From positions 77,998,001 through 78,062,000 of the forward strand of contig NC_086097.1 of the NCBI RefSeq assembly GCF_963921235.1: a DNA stretch of 64,000 nucleotides. Direction: 5' to 3'. Positions 14,031-26,830 of this stretch are shown in pieces. This DNA comes from Mobula hypostoma (Eukaryota). Made by a program: the position numbers and the translations under genes. How positions within the stretch are numbered: position 1 is the first letter of the stretch; every line of letters begins with the position of its first letter. The notes beneath the pieces are model-generated. The model was given only the letters and a program-made list of their open reading frames with translations. It searched no databases and was not told where the DNA came from.

Positions 14031-14364
14031 TTGCTCTCCCAGACAATAAGTGACCTATCCTCCTCTACAATGACTCCCATTTCACGGCAGCTGTTATTTA
14101 CCACAATATAAGATCATAAGATATAGGAGCAGAATTAGGCCACTTGGGCCATAAAGTCTGCTCTGCGATTCGATCATGGCTGATTTCTTTTGTTCTTAAC
14201 TCCATTCTCCTGCCTTCTCCCCATAACCTCTGACAGCCTTACTATAATATCCAAGGTAGTAGCAGGTTCATGTTGCTGGTGATGCATTATTATGCAGCCT
14301 TTATGCAAAGAAGAAGGAGGATTATTTTGTTCTGAAAATATTCTGAGAAGTGGCTTATTACTGG

Positions 14365-17160
14365 AATCAGAATCAGGTTTATTATCATTGGCATGTGACA
14401 TGAAATCTGTTAACTTAGCAGCAGCAGTTCAATGAAATACATAATATACAATAGAAAAAATAATAGTAAACAAATAAAAAATAATAATAAGTAAATCAAT
14501 TACAGTATACGTATGTTGAATAGATTTTTAAAAGTGCAAAAAACAGAAATACTGTATATTTTAAAAAGTAAGGTAGTGTCCAAGGGTTCAATGTCCGTTT
14601 AGGAATCAGATGACAGAGGGGAAGAAGCTGTTCCTAAATTGCTGAGTGTGTGCCTTCAGGCTTCTGTACCTCCTACCTGATGGTAACAGTGAGAAAAAGC
14701 ATGCCCTGGGTGCTGGAGGTCCTTAATAATGGATGCTGCCTTTCTGAAACACTGCTCCCTGAAGATGCCATGGGTACTTAGTAGAAAAAATAGTGAGGTA
14801 GTGTACAAGGGTTAATCATTCATTCAGAAATCTGATGATGGCTGGGAAAAAGCTGTTTCTAAAACGTTGAGTGTTGCCTTCAGGCATGAGAAAAGAACAG
14901 GTCCTGGGTGATGGAGATGTTTAATGTTGGATGCCTTTTAGAGGTATCTTCTTTTGAAGATGTCCTCAAAGCTGGGGAGGCTACTGCTCGTGATGAAGCT
15001 TGGTGAGTTTGTAACTTACTGTGTTTTCTTCCATCCCCACCATACTAGGCAGTCATTCAGAATGCTCTCCATGGCACAGAGCATTTGTAGAAATTTGCTA
15101 TTTTTTGGTGACATACCAAGTCTCCTCAAGCTCCTAATGAAATATAGCTGCTGTCGTGCCTTCTTTGTAATTGCACCAATATGTTGGGCCCAGAATAAAT
15201 TTTCAGCGACACTGACACCCAGGAACTTGAAACTGCTCACTCTTTCCATTTGTGATACCTCGATGAGCACTAGTGCATGTTCCCTTGACTTACCCTTTCT
15301 GAAGTCCTCAATCCTTGTCTTACCGACGATGAATGCAAATTGTTGTTGCGACTTCACTCAATCAGCTGATCTATCTCACTCCTCTACACTTCCTTGTCAC
15401 CATCTGAAATTCTGCCAACAATAGTCCTGTGATCAGCAAATTTATAGATGGCATTTGAGCTGTGCATAGCATACAGTTGTGGTTGTAAAAGCAGTAGAGC
15501 AGTGGGCTAAGCACACATCCTTGAGGAGCATCAGTATTGTCTGTCAGCGAGGAGGAGATGTCATTTCCAATCTGCACAGATGGTGGTCTCCAGGTGAGTA
15601 AGTCAAAGATCCAGTTGCCAAGGGGGGAACAGAGGCCCACGATTTGGAGCTTGTTGATTAGTACTGAGGGTATGATGATGTTGAATGCTGAGCTGTAATC
15701 AATAGACAGCAGCCTGATGTACTGTAGGTATTGCTGTTGTCCAGGTGATCCAAGACCAAGTGACGAGCCAGTGAGATTGCATCTGCAGTAGACCTATTGT
15801 GGTCATAGGCAAATTACAGCAGGTCCAGGTCCTTGCTTAGGCAGGAGCCGATTCTGGCCATGACCAACCTCTCAAAGAACTTCATTACAGTAGATGAGAA
15901 AGCAACTGTGCGATAGTCATTGAGGCAATTCACCCTGCTCTACTTGGCCACAGGTATAATTGTCACCACTCTTTTGAAGCAGGTGAGAATCTCCATCTGC
16001 AACAGTGACAGAATTAAGATAACCCTGAATTCTCCTGCCAGTTGGTTGGCACAGGTTTGCAGTGCCCTACCACAGAGATCCCCAACCACCGGGCCGCAGA
16101 CTGGTACCAGGCCACAAAGCATGTGCTACCAGGCCGTGAGGAGACGATATGAGTCAGCTGCACCTTTCCTCATTTCCTGTCATGCACTGTTGAACTTCAA
16201 CGTAGGGTTGCCAACTGTCCCATATTTGCTGGGAAATCCCGTACATTGGGCTAAATTTGTTTGTCCCGTATTTCCCCCGCTAAGGTAGAGCGTTCCTATG
16301 AGAGCTTTCGTCCCGAAATGGCGTGAAGCAAAGAAGCAATTACCATTAATTTATATGGGAAAAATTTTTGACCGTTCCCAGACCCAAAAAATAACCTAAC
16401 AAATCATACCAAATAACACATAAAACTGAAAATAAATAACACTAACATATAGCAAAAGCCGGAATGATATGATAAATACACAGCCTATATAAAGTAGAAA
16501 TAATGTATGTACAGTATAGTCGGGAAGATGATGGCAAAACCGATTTGTGGGGAAAAACATTGGCACGTACGCGCATGCGCACATCACATGCGCACGTCAC
16601 ACATGCGCACACAGGTGCCCGCGCAAGGCTTCATGGTCATGGTAGTCTTTCCTGGGGTAAAGTGTCCCAGGATTTGACTGCAACTTTTGTCCCTTATTTT
16701 AGAGTGAGAAAGTTGGCAACCCTAACTGTAAAAGACATGTTGAGGTGACTTTAACCCCACTTGAACACCCCCCCCCCCACCCCGGTCAGCCGGTCCACAA
16801 GAATATTGTCAATATTAAATCGGTCCGCAGTGTAAAAACGGTTGGGGACCCCTGCCCTACCAGGTACAACATCAGGGCCTGATGCCTTGTAAGTGTTCAC
16901 ACTCATGAAAGATGTTCTGACATCAGCCTCCGAGACAGAGATCACAGTGCAACCAGGTGCTACAGGGATTGAAACAAGTGCAGTTCTATTCTCTCTTTCA
17001 AAGCAAGCATGAAAGGCATTGAGCTCATCAAGGAGTGAAGCATCACAGCCAATCTGGATGTTAGGTCTACTTTATAAGAAGTAAACGCCTTCAAACCCTG
17101 TCTCAGCTGACAAGAGTCCAATTCTGCCTCTAACCTTGACTGAAATCACTTTTTTCGCAC
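14365..17160 (-). mobile_element. Rex1/Babar LINE fragments, interrupted by a hAT MITE
   Basis: KASGPDVVPGR|ALQTCANQLAG joins across the insertion. [34 protein letters not shown] second 3' end lies at 14365-14780. Confidence 0.88.
16073..16854. mobile_element. Non-autonomous hAT (Charlie-like) DNA transposon
   Basis: TIRs cagagatccccaacc / ggttggggacccctg. 8-bp TSD ccctacca at 16065-16072 and 16855-16862. Confidence 0.9.
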
Positions 17161-17169
17161 TTAAAATTG

Positions 17170-18160
17170 CAGAGGGTAGTATGACTAGTGGTGTGCCTTA
17201 CAGATTGGTGCTGGGTCCATTGCTATTTATTATCGATATCAATGATTTGGATGAGAACATATATGGCATTGTTATTCAGATTGAAAATAACACTAAACAG
17301 GGGGTTTTGTAGACAGTGAAGATGGCTATCAGGAACTACACAGGGATTTTAATCAGCCAGGTAACAGAGCAAATGGGATTTAATTCAGATAAGTGTGAGA
17401 TATTGCATTTGCAGGAGACAAATGAAGGTAGGACTTTCACAGTGAATGGTAGCGCCCTGGCAACCATTGTAGAACAGAAGAACTTAGAGGTACCAGCACA
17501 TGGTTCCCTGAAAATGGTATCACAGACAGATAGGGGGTAAAGGCTGCTTTTGACGTGCTGGCTTTCATCAGTCAGGACGCTAAGCTCTGAAACTTGGAGG
17601 TTATGTTGAAGTTTAATAGTTGTTAGTGAGGCTGATTTTGGAATAACTGTAATATGGAAAGATGCTACTCTAAGTTGGAAATCGTGCATAAAATATTTAC
17701 AACAATGTTGCCAGGACTTGAGGGACTGAGCTGTATAGAGAAGTTAGCAGGCTTGGACTTTTTTTAATTGGAGCGTGGGAGAATAAAGGGTGAGCTTGGA
17801 AAGGAGTATAAATTCATGAGGGGCATAGATAAGGTGAATGAACAGTCCTTTCCCCAGAGAAGGGGAATCAAGAACTAGAGAGCATCAGTTTAAGGTGAGA
17901 TGGGAGAAATTTAGTAGGAACCTGAGGGACGACTTCTTCACCCAGAGGAAGGTCCATATATGAAATGAGCTACCAGAGGTAATAGCTCAGGCAGCTACAT
18001 TATGACCATTCAAGAGACCCCTGAATATGTACATTGATAGGAAAGGTTCAGAATGAAGTGGATCAAATGTAGACAAATGGGTCTAGCTTAGATGGGCATC
18101 TTAGTCGAAGTGGAGTGGTTGAGCTGAAGGGTCTACTTCCGTACTGTATTACTCTATATA
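17170..18160 (+). mobile_element. CR1 LINE 3' fragment, decayed
   Basis: FNSDKCEILHL, FTVNGSAL, and the CR1 C-terminal FFTQR-like segment. Confidence 0.85.
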
Positions 18161-18599
18161 TGGAAACAACCAATCGGTTTCTGTCTGTGCCACAGCACTG
18201 CAATGATCCTTATTTAAGTTGCATATGACATCTTATGGGCTAGTGACCGCAGTAGACTACCTGTGCCTTTACCTTCCCAACTTTTGATGGAGCTGGCCAC
18301 AGCATTTACTTTTACGTTTCTTCTCAGCCATTTGTTGGACAGGCCTTTTCCAGCCATGGTTTTCTTCTATCTTTTCTATTAATGCCAGAGATGGCTTTCT
18401 GGCAGGAATCCCTATTACCTCCCCATGACCCTTGGCTTTTGTTCTTGCAGGATTCCACATGTAAACTGAGGAGATTACCCATGAGCTCTACCACTAATTC
18501 TCACCACCATTCTACTGTCAACGATCTGTCTTTTCGTGTGCACTGCCCCAATATCCCTGGAATACAAAATTACAACCATAAAGTATGGAAGAATAAAAT

Positions 18600-18870
18600 C
18601 ATTGCCTTGGTCTCCATCATAACCGTAATCACAATTGACAACCCACTCCTTGAATGCAGATGAACCAAATTGTTTGTGGTTTTGTCATGCAGTTTGACAT
18701 TGGTTAAGCTCCTGATCCATGTTTTCACCATCTCTAAGAGAGGTAAGCACTTCTGCTGCTGAAACCATCCATGTCTTTGTCGCTTACTGCTCAGCTATTC
18801 CAAACGCTCCATGTCAATGTCCTATTTTGCACCTTCTATAAACTTGCTGCCTGTAACTTAATTCATCAAA
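18600..18870 (+). mobile_element. Old L2-like LINE fragment
   Basis: Degenerate AAETIHVFV...YSN segment, recognised by eye. Confidence 0.35.
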
Positions 18871-19189
18871 TTTGAGTCAACCCTAATAAAAACAGATCAT
18901 GGTGAAATATCTCAGGCAGTCTGGCAGCATTTGTGGAGAGAAAAACAGAGTTAATGTTTCAGGTCAACAAATTGTCAGTCTTGGGATGTTTTGTCTCATT
19001 TGATATATATTGAAGGAAATATTCTATGGAGTTCTTCACGTGTAAACTCTAAATGAAGAATTTTGATAAAATCACTGATTTCATAAATGCCAATGAAATG
19101 ATTATTTAATTGGGTTAATTGAGGTGTTTGAATAAAGATATTTTATTAGGGAAGCAATTATTTGTAAAGCCACTCGTGTCTAAGTCTAT

Positions 19190-20990
19190 CAACACACACA
19201 AAATGTTGGAGGAAATCAGCTGGCCAGGCAACATCTATAAAAAAAGTACAGTCAACATTTCAGGCCAAAACCCCCTTGACAGGACATGAGAAAAAAAGCT
19301 GAGGAGTAGATTTGAAAGGTGGGGGGAGGGGAGAGAGAATCACCAGGCCGTAGGTGAATCTTGGAGGGGGAGAGATGAAACAAAGAACTGGGATGTTGAT
19401 TGGTGAAAGAGACAGAAGTACATGGAAGAACGAAGAAGGGGGGATGGGGATGAGGAGCACCAGAGAGAGGCATTGGGCAGGCAAGGAGATAACATGAGAG
19501 AAGGACAAGGGAATTGGAAATGGTGAGGGGGGTGGGGGTGGAGGCATTACTGGAAGTTTGAGAAATTGATGGTAATGCCATCAGGTTGGAGGCTATCTAA
19601 CGGAATATAAAGTGCTTTTCCTCCAACCTAAGTGTGGCCTTATCCCGACAGCAGACGAGGCCATGGATGGACATATTGGAATAGGAATGGGAAGTGGAAT
19701 TAAAATGGGTGGCCACTGGGAGATCCCATTTGTTCTGGCTGACGAAACATAGATGCTCGGCAAAATGGTCTCCCAATCTATGTTGGGTCTCACTGATATA
19801 CAGGAGGCCACACCAGGAGCACCAAACATACTATATGACCACAACAGACTCACAGGTGAGGTGTCGCCTCACCTGGAAGGACTATTTGGGGCCCTGAAAG
19901 GTAGTAGGGATGATGTGTAGGGCAAGGTGAAGTACTTGTCCCACTTGCAAGGAGAAGTGCCAGGAGGGAGATCAGTGAGGAGGGACGAATGGACACGGGA
20001 ATCACATAGGGACCGATCCCTGTAGAAAGTAGAAAGTGGGGGGAGGTAAAAATATGTTTGGTGGTGGGATCCAGTTTGAGGTGGTGGAAGTTTCGAAGAA
20101 TTATGTGCTGCCAAGAGTGTGTGAGGAGTTACGGATGTAGAGTCGAGGTATACCTTTATGAGTTCAGTGGGGCAGGAACAAGCTGAAACAATAGGTCTAC
20201 CTGGACAAACAGGTTTGTGGATTTTGGGTAGGAGGTAGAAGTTGGAGGTGCGGGGTGTGGGAACTTTGAGATTGGTGGCAGTGGTTGGGAGATCCCCAGA
20301 GTCAATAAAGTTGGTGATGGTGTGGGAGACAATGGCCTGGTGTTTCTTAGTGGGGTCCTGTTTGAAGGGTAAGTAAGAGGAGGTGTCTGAGAGTTGTCAC
20401 TGGGCCTCAGGAAAGTAGAGATCAGTTTCCCAGACTACCACAGCACCTTCCTTATCTGCAGGTTTGATGGTGAGGTTAGGATTAGTGCAGAAGGAGTGGA
20501 GAGCCGAGCGTTCGGAAGAGGTGAGGTTGGAATAGGAGGGAGGAGTGCTAAAGTCTAGACAGTTAATGCCCCATCAGCAGTTGGTAATGATAAGGTCCAG
20601 AGCAGGTAGAAGACCAGAGCAGGGTGTCGAGGAAGAGGAGAGGGTTGAAGACGAGAGAAGGGGTCATCAGTGTGGAGCGGGAAGTCCTTGCCAAAGAAAT
20701 AGGCTCAGAGACAGAGGAAGAAGAGCTCAGCCTTGTGACGGGTGTGGGTGCAGGGGAGCAAAGCTGAGGCCCTTATTGAGGACAGAACAGAAGGTTGGAG
20801 GGAATGGTAAAAACCCAGCATGGATGAGAGCTGGGATTGGAAGGGGGAAGGGGGTTGGTGGGCTCAGAGGAGAAGGGAGGTTTGGAGTGTTCAGGGCCGG
20901 TGGGGTGAGAGGAAGATGGAGTCTCAGATGGAGACCCAGGAGCTGACAGTGGGCCCTGAGAGAGATAGGATCTAAGTCCATCACTGGCCA
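19190..20990 (-). mobile_element. Penelope-like element, internally deleted
   Basis: GIY-YIG region CSWCGLLYISETQHRLGDHFAEHL (~19750-19830), N-terminal SVLNKGLSFAPL (20727-21044 ORF), pyrimidine-rich terminal repeat with a degenerate hammerhead. Confidence 0.85.
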
Positions 20991-21068
20991 AACCAAGAAA
21001 AAAAGGCACTTAAAATTTGATTTGAGAATTAACTTTGGAGCCATTAGCTGTCAGAGTATTATACTTGC

Positions 21069-21835
21069 CATGAGAAAGTATGACTGCTTGACCCGGGACA
21101 GACTTGAGTTCAATGGGTTTACGGTCATACAAAATGAACTGTAGAAAGCTATTGAATTTACAGTACATCAGCTTGTTTTCCTCTAGCTAAAATGCTGGCA
21201 AATGCTCTATAGACATAGTTGAATAACTCAAACACTAAGCCAATGTACCTATTCTAGTTTCAAAGGGACTTTATCCAGTACTAAAACAAAGCCACATTGT
21301 GATACACAATTGCATTAGAAGACTAAATTGATGTTCAATTGTAGCAACACAGAAACATTCCATAAAATGGAATAACAATGCAGATCTTGGGTAATCTGGT
21401 ATTAACTGTGCTCGATAACAAGCTGTTCAGTTTCAGAGCCACCCATGGAACCTGGTGTAGTATAAAACTATTCAAGTATCCCATTACAAAAGGTGGTTTA
21501 ACCTTCCCTCCCCAAATCAAGGAACATCTCCATAGTGCATACATTTAGAAGTGAATCTTCTTCACTCTATTTTCCTTCTCTTTGCATGTCTTAATGTCCT
21601 TTCATAACTTCATAAACTCAGATTGTTGTACAGCTCCTTAAAGTCAAAAGGGATATTGTAATCAGTGCAATTCTGTAAAGTTTCTCAGGTTTACTCTAAT
21701 AACCTTGTTGAATCATCATAGTACAATGCCAGTGAGGTGGGCCGTGCCACAGTGATGGGATAATAAACTTCAGAGTGCCTGTCTCAACTTACGGCTGGCA
21801 AATGAGGGAAGCCAGCAGCAACAATGCTCTCTCTA
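21069..21835 (-). pseudogene. Copy B exon remnant, DUF4470-like N-terminus
   Basis: ttttttgtttgcag acceptor. RESIVAAGFPHLPAVS*DRHSEVYYPITVARPTSLAL (cf. 'FFYPIGNTPAVSL'), then in a shifted frame FLCCYN*TSI*SSNAIVYHNVALF*YWI...GLVFELFNYVY...HTFSW. Possible gcaagt donor. Confidence 0.65.
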
Positions 21836-22129
21836 CTGCAAACAAAAAACTGACCCTGCAAAGTTATCTGATTCACCTCATGAAACAATATATTTCAGAG
21901 CACATCACTGATAGAACAGAGAATAAAGGAAGCATTAATGGGAACTTGTCGAGAAGGTACGTCAATAAACGAGGACATTTTAATTGATACGTGGACTGGA
22001 AAAGAAAATTAACTGGGCTAAAGACACAATCTTAAAGCAATAGAATGAAAGCAAGCTGCCCATCAGGCCCATGCCAGCTCCAAGCAGAACAATCTTATTA
22101 GGCCCATTTCTGCCAGAGGAACGGAACAC

Positions 22130-22700
22130 AACATTTAGAGGTTGTACTTAGTATACAGGGTATTGGTGCTATATGGGTAGATCACAATGTGCAATATTCG
22201 TCTCTTCAAGAAACGATGTTAATGTATTGAAGCTAGGTCAACTCTCTGGTTGATCAGAGTTTTAACAAGAATAGGCAGATTGCTTTATGATGAAAGGTCA
22301 GACTTTCTGGGCTTGCACAGAGTTTAGAAGAGAAAGAGATGCTCTTATGGAAACCCAAAAGGGTCAACAGGGTGGATACAATGATGTTATCTTCTGTTAT
22401 GGGAGAATCTAGGACTAGAGATCACTGCGAATAGGGCGTTAATTTAAGACCGGTGAATATTTTTTTCTTCAGAATGTCACGAGTCTTTAGATCACTCTTC
22501 CTCAGAGGGTTGTGGAAGCAAATTCTTTGAGCATTTTTAAAGCAGATTCTTAATATGGAAGGGGGTGAATGGTTATCTACCACAAGTTCACCGGAATGCA
22601 GATTTAAGGTCACAATCAGATCAGCAATTATCTTATTAAATTGAGGGTTGGGCTTGAGGAGCTTCGTGGCCTATTCCCGTTCAAAATGTCTCTGTTTGTA
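22130..22700 (+). mobile_element. Old CR1 3' fragment
   Basis: Degenerate C-terminal ORF2 sequence (ctaggactagag...cctcagagggttgtggaagc). Confidence 0.7.
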
Positions 22701-23569
22701 TTAATCTGCTATTAGCCTTTGGCGAGTTTTAGGATAACAACTAACTGACACTCTAAAGTTGAGCTTTATTTTGTAATATTGCACTGTGCTACTTTGATTT
22801 TTAATTTCAAAATTCACAACTGCTCCAGTCATTTGTATCCAGAAAAATCACATGACTTTTGACTGCAAACATCAAATCAAACTTTTTTTCTGTTTGACAA
22901 GACTTCTAATAATTCCATATAATAATTTAACTTTTTTGAAAAATTCATTTATATAATTGTGTTTACTTTTCCCCCCAGCTGAGAGTTTAAAATATGGTGC
23001 ATTATAAAAGATCGCCTAAACACAAGACCAATTCAATCAGACATAGCAGCAGTTTCAGTGTTATTCTGTAGAAGATCTCAATAGCTGAGTTAAATTAAGT
23101 GCCAATTTTACTGAGCCTTTCTGTGAAATAAATGCCTTATGACTTTACCAAATAGCTATCCTCTTCTGTTTTAAATATAAAGACGGGATAAAAACAAGTA
23201 TGTACAAGGAAACTGTAGTGTTTTATTACCGTAGCCAAACTTTAGAAGAATGCAGTTGAGTTGAGTTACAAATGAAAAATGAAAAAGCAATTGCTCATAA
23301 TTCTTGATATCTACATATATGGTAGTAAGATTATTTTATATAACAAAAGTATATTGTTGCTGGTTGTTTTAATAATTGCAAGACATATACAAAAATGTAT
23401 CTGACTGTAAAATAATCTCAAAATAAAAAGTAATAAACAATAGTTATTTAGCAGATAACACATTTCTTTACCTAATCAAGTTGTACTTAGTTAATTTTCA
23501 CATTAAGTAAGAAATATTGTATATTTATCAAGAAGCTACAGTGTCAGAGAGTTGCATTTCTATTGTAAA

Positions 23570-23985
23570 CACAGAATAATCTGCAGATGCTGGGGTCAAA
23601 GTAACACTTACAACACGCTGGAGGAACTCAGCAGGTCAGGCAGCATCCTTGGAAACGATCAGTCAACGTTTTGGGCCAGAGCACTTCGTCAGGACTGTAG
23701 AGGGAAGGGGCAGAGGCCCTATAAAGAAGGTGGGGGGAGGGTGGGAAAGAGAAGGCTGGTAGGTTCCAGGTGAAAACCAGTAAGGGGAAAGATAAAGGAG
23801 TGGGGGAGGGGAAGCAGGGAGGTGATAGGCAGGAAAGGTGAAGAAGGAATAGGGGAAAACACAATGGGTTTCCCTCTTCCCTCTGCAGTCCTGATGAAGC
23901 ATTCTGGCCTGAAACGTTGACTGATTGTTTCCACAGATGCTGCCCGACCTGCTGAGTTCCTCCAGCGTGTTGTGAGTGTTGTATT
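23570..23985. mobile_element. Inverted pair of Penelope terminal repeats
   Basis: ~23603-23710 is the reverse complement of ~23872-23981. Confidence 0.88.
23886..23923 (+). ncRNA. Minimal type I hammerhead ribozyme motif
   Basis: CAGTC-CTGATGA-agcattctggcct-GAAAC-GTT-GACTG. Stem I CAGTC/GACTG is perfect, the core is intact, and stem II is imperfect. Confidence 0.7.
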
Positions 23986-24559
23986 TCTATTGGATGGATA
24001 GTTGCACTCAGAGCTCTTCAATCCATTACTCCCACCACTGTCCACCTTTGGAAGTCAATTGCTCATCTTAGCTCGAATGCTTTACAGAGAACCTCATAAT
24101 GACCACCAACGTTTCTCAAAGATACACACTTTTTCACCACAGATTCATCTGATTGGCCATTCTGCTGAGCAAGATTTGCATCTTGCTAACATGAAGAAAC
24201 TAAAGATCTTGATTTATAATCTCCCAGATGATTAGTGAGATCAGGATCAAAAGTGAGGACTAGAAATAGTTTTAGAAAGGAAAATGAATTAATCAAACGT
24301 ACTGTACTTTGAGCAAATGGGACAGGAGAGGGCTATACCTCACCGTCTTGCTGGTCCCTGCTACTTAGTTCATTTTATGATTGTTGTTCTTAATCTATTT
24401 TAAAAATCCAGAGGGATTTATTTTAGTAGGTGATGTGCAAACCAAACAAAACTGTCAATTTATTAATTTAGCATTTCTTTATACTAACACACTCTCAGCT
24501 TTCAAAGTCTATGTAGATCCTCAGATGAAATCAAATAGCTCTGGCATGTCAAAGATGAA

Positions 24560-25770
24560 AGTTCAGAGTAAATGTATTTTTGAAGTATATACAGAATATA
24601 TCACCATATACAATCCTGAGATTCATTTTCTTGTGGGCGTACTGAATACATCCAATAACCATAATAGAATTAATGAAAGACCACACCAAGAGAGTGGGCA
24701 CCCAGTATATAAAAGACAACAAATTGTGCAAATACAAATAATAATAATACATAAGCAATAAATATTGAGAACATGAGATGAAGATTTTTGAAAGTGAGTC
24801 CATAGGTTGTGGGAATAGTTCAGTGATGGGGCAAGTGAAGTTAAGTGAAGTTATTCTCTCTAGTTCAAGTGCCTGATGGTTGAGGGGTAATAACTGTTTC
24901 TGAACCTGCTAGTGTGAATCCTGAGGCTCCTGTACCTTCTTCCTGATGGTAGCTGTGAGAAGAGAGCATGACCTGGGTGGTGGGGGTCCCTAATGATGGA
25001 TGATGCTTTCCCGCAACAATGCTCTGTGTAGCTGTGCTCTACCGTGGGGAGAGTTTTACTTGTGATGGACATGGCCATATAAACTACTTTTGATAGGATT
25101 TCCTTTCAAGGGCATTGGTGTTTCCATATCAGGCAATGATGCAGCCAGTCAACATACTCTCCTCAGCACACCTATAGAACTTTGTCAAAGTTTTAGATGT
25201 TAAGCTGAATCTTCACAAACGCTAAGGAAGTAGATGTGCTGCTGTGCCTTCTTCGTAACTGCACTTATGTGGTGGATCCAGGACAGATCCTCTGAAATGA
25301 TAACACTAAGGAATTTAAGGTTGTTGACTCCTTCCACCTCTGATCCCCCAATGATGATTGGCTCATGGACCTCCGGTTTCCTCCTCCTAAAGTCAATTAT
25401 CAGCTCCTTGGTCTTGCTGATATTGTGTGAGAGGCTGTTGTTGTGGCACCGCTCGGCCAGATTTTCAATCTCCCTTTTATGTGCAGATTCGTTAGCACCT
25501 TTGATTAGGCCTACAACAGAGGTGTCATCTGCAAACTTGAAGATGGCATTAGATCTGTGCTTAGCCATACAGTTTTAATTGTAAAGCAAGTAGAGCAGGG
25601 GGCTAGGCACACAGCCTTGTGGTCCACCTGTGCTGATGGAGAGTGTGGAGGAGATGTTGTTCCCAATCCAAACTGGCTGGGTTCTGCAAGTGAGGAAATT
25701 CAGGATCCAATTACTTAAGGATGTATTGAGATCAAGGTCTTGAAGCTTATTGATTAGATTTGAGGAGATG
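24560..25770 (-). mobile_element. Rex1/Babar LINE 3' part
   Basis: IFKFADDTSVVGLI, KTKELIIDFRR, HPGHALFSQLPSGRRYRS. Confidence 0.92.
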
Positions 25771-26589
25771 TAATTCTGCAGACTTTGATTGATTAGACAA
25801 ATATTAGATCATTTACATTACAGGCAGAGAATGTCTAAGCTCTGGTGAAGTTACTAAAATTGAATATAAGCAATTCACCAGTTCTTGTGTATAATATTTA
25901 TTTACCTAAGGTACAAAAGGGGAATATTCAAGAACTTAATAATGCTTTGCTCCCATTCCTAAGCCTTGATAGTCAGAGATGGAAAACCTTTCAATGCAAC
26001 ATCATACTCAAAAAAAACTTCCAAAAAAGCTAATTCATTGTTACTACAATAAAAAGCTGCATATTCATTTACATTTTTCAGCTGTATAGGATATAAAATC
26101 AAAGTTACTTTTAACATGTTGCGAATATAATACACAAACCCAACAAACAACTGTGATGAGATTGATCATGAAAGCTTTTCATAGACAGTAATGCATTCCC
26201 CAACTAATCAGTTTTAAAATGATCAAACTTAAGCATGTTTATAGATGACAAAAAATTATTGCTTTATTAACTTCATGGACTATAAATTTTGAAGACCATT
26301 ATGCCAGCATAAAAGCTCAAGCAAGTGAGAATATGGTAAAATCGTTATTATTTCAACAAACAATTCTGGTGCTGTGTGATACAAATTGAAACTCAGCAAA
26401 AATGTTATACTCACAATTCAAAATAAATTTGATTTACTTCTCTTCCTATTCTAGGCCTGTTTTTAAACATGAACTAGTTTATGCATTTAGACTACACTCA
26501 CAGAACTTCCAACATTGGAGTTTATGTAATTTGGGGAGGTGATCTCATCTGGGTAACACGTTGGCCAAGATAATTAGAATCATATTGCA

Positions 26590-26830
26590 ATTAGAAATAA
26601 AAAACCAGCAAATACGGGAAACACTCAGCAGATCAGAAAACGTCTGTGGAAAGAGAAACAGAGTTCAAAATCCAGTGCTGACACCCTTTGTTAGACCCAG
26701 TTCAGATGAAGGATCCAGGATCTGAAACATAAACCCTGTTTTTCTTTCCATGAGCGGTTCCTGACCCACTGAGTGTCTCTAAAATGTCCTGGTTTTATTT
26801 CAGAATTCCAGTATCTGCAGTTTCTTGATT
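26590..26830. repeat. Hairpin repeat from Penelope terminal repeats
   Basis: Inverted arms aaataaaaaaccag...acactcagcagatcag / ctgacccactgagtgt...ctggttttattt. Hammerhead relic cagatgaaggatccaggatctgaaac at ~26703. Confidence 0.65.

Larger units (their letters stand above)
3690..21835 (-). pseudogene. Copy B: second, tandem DUF4470-like pseudogene (5' half only visible)
   Basis: Exon remnants at 21835-21069, 8636-~7590, 4249-4128 and 4053-~3690, collinear with copy A exons 1-7. Confidence 0.68.

Noticed and set aside
18269..18460. Extra exon of copy B
   Set aside because: No counterpart in copy A and no clear acceptor. It lies among old LINE debris.
21793..21835. Stand-alone 43-nt micro-exon ending at gtaagt
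   Set aside because: The same frame continues through one stop into the YYPITVARPTSL motif, so a longer exon is preferred. Use of this donor is not excluded.
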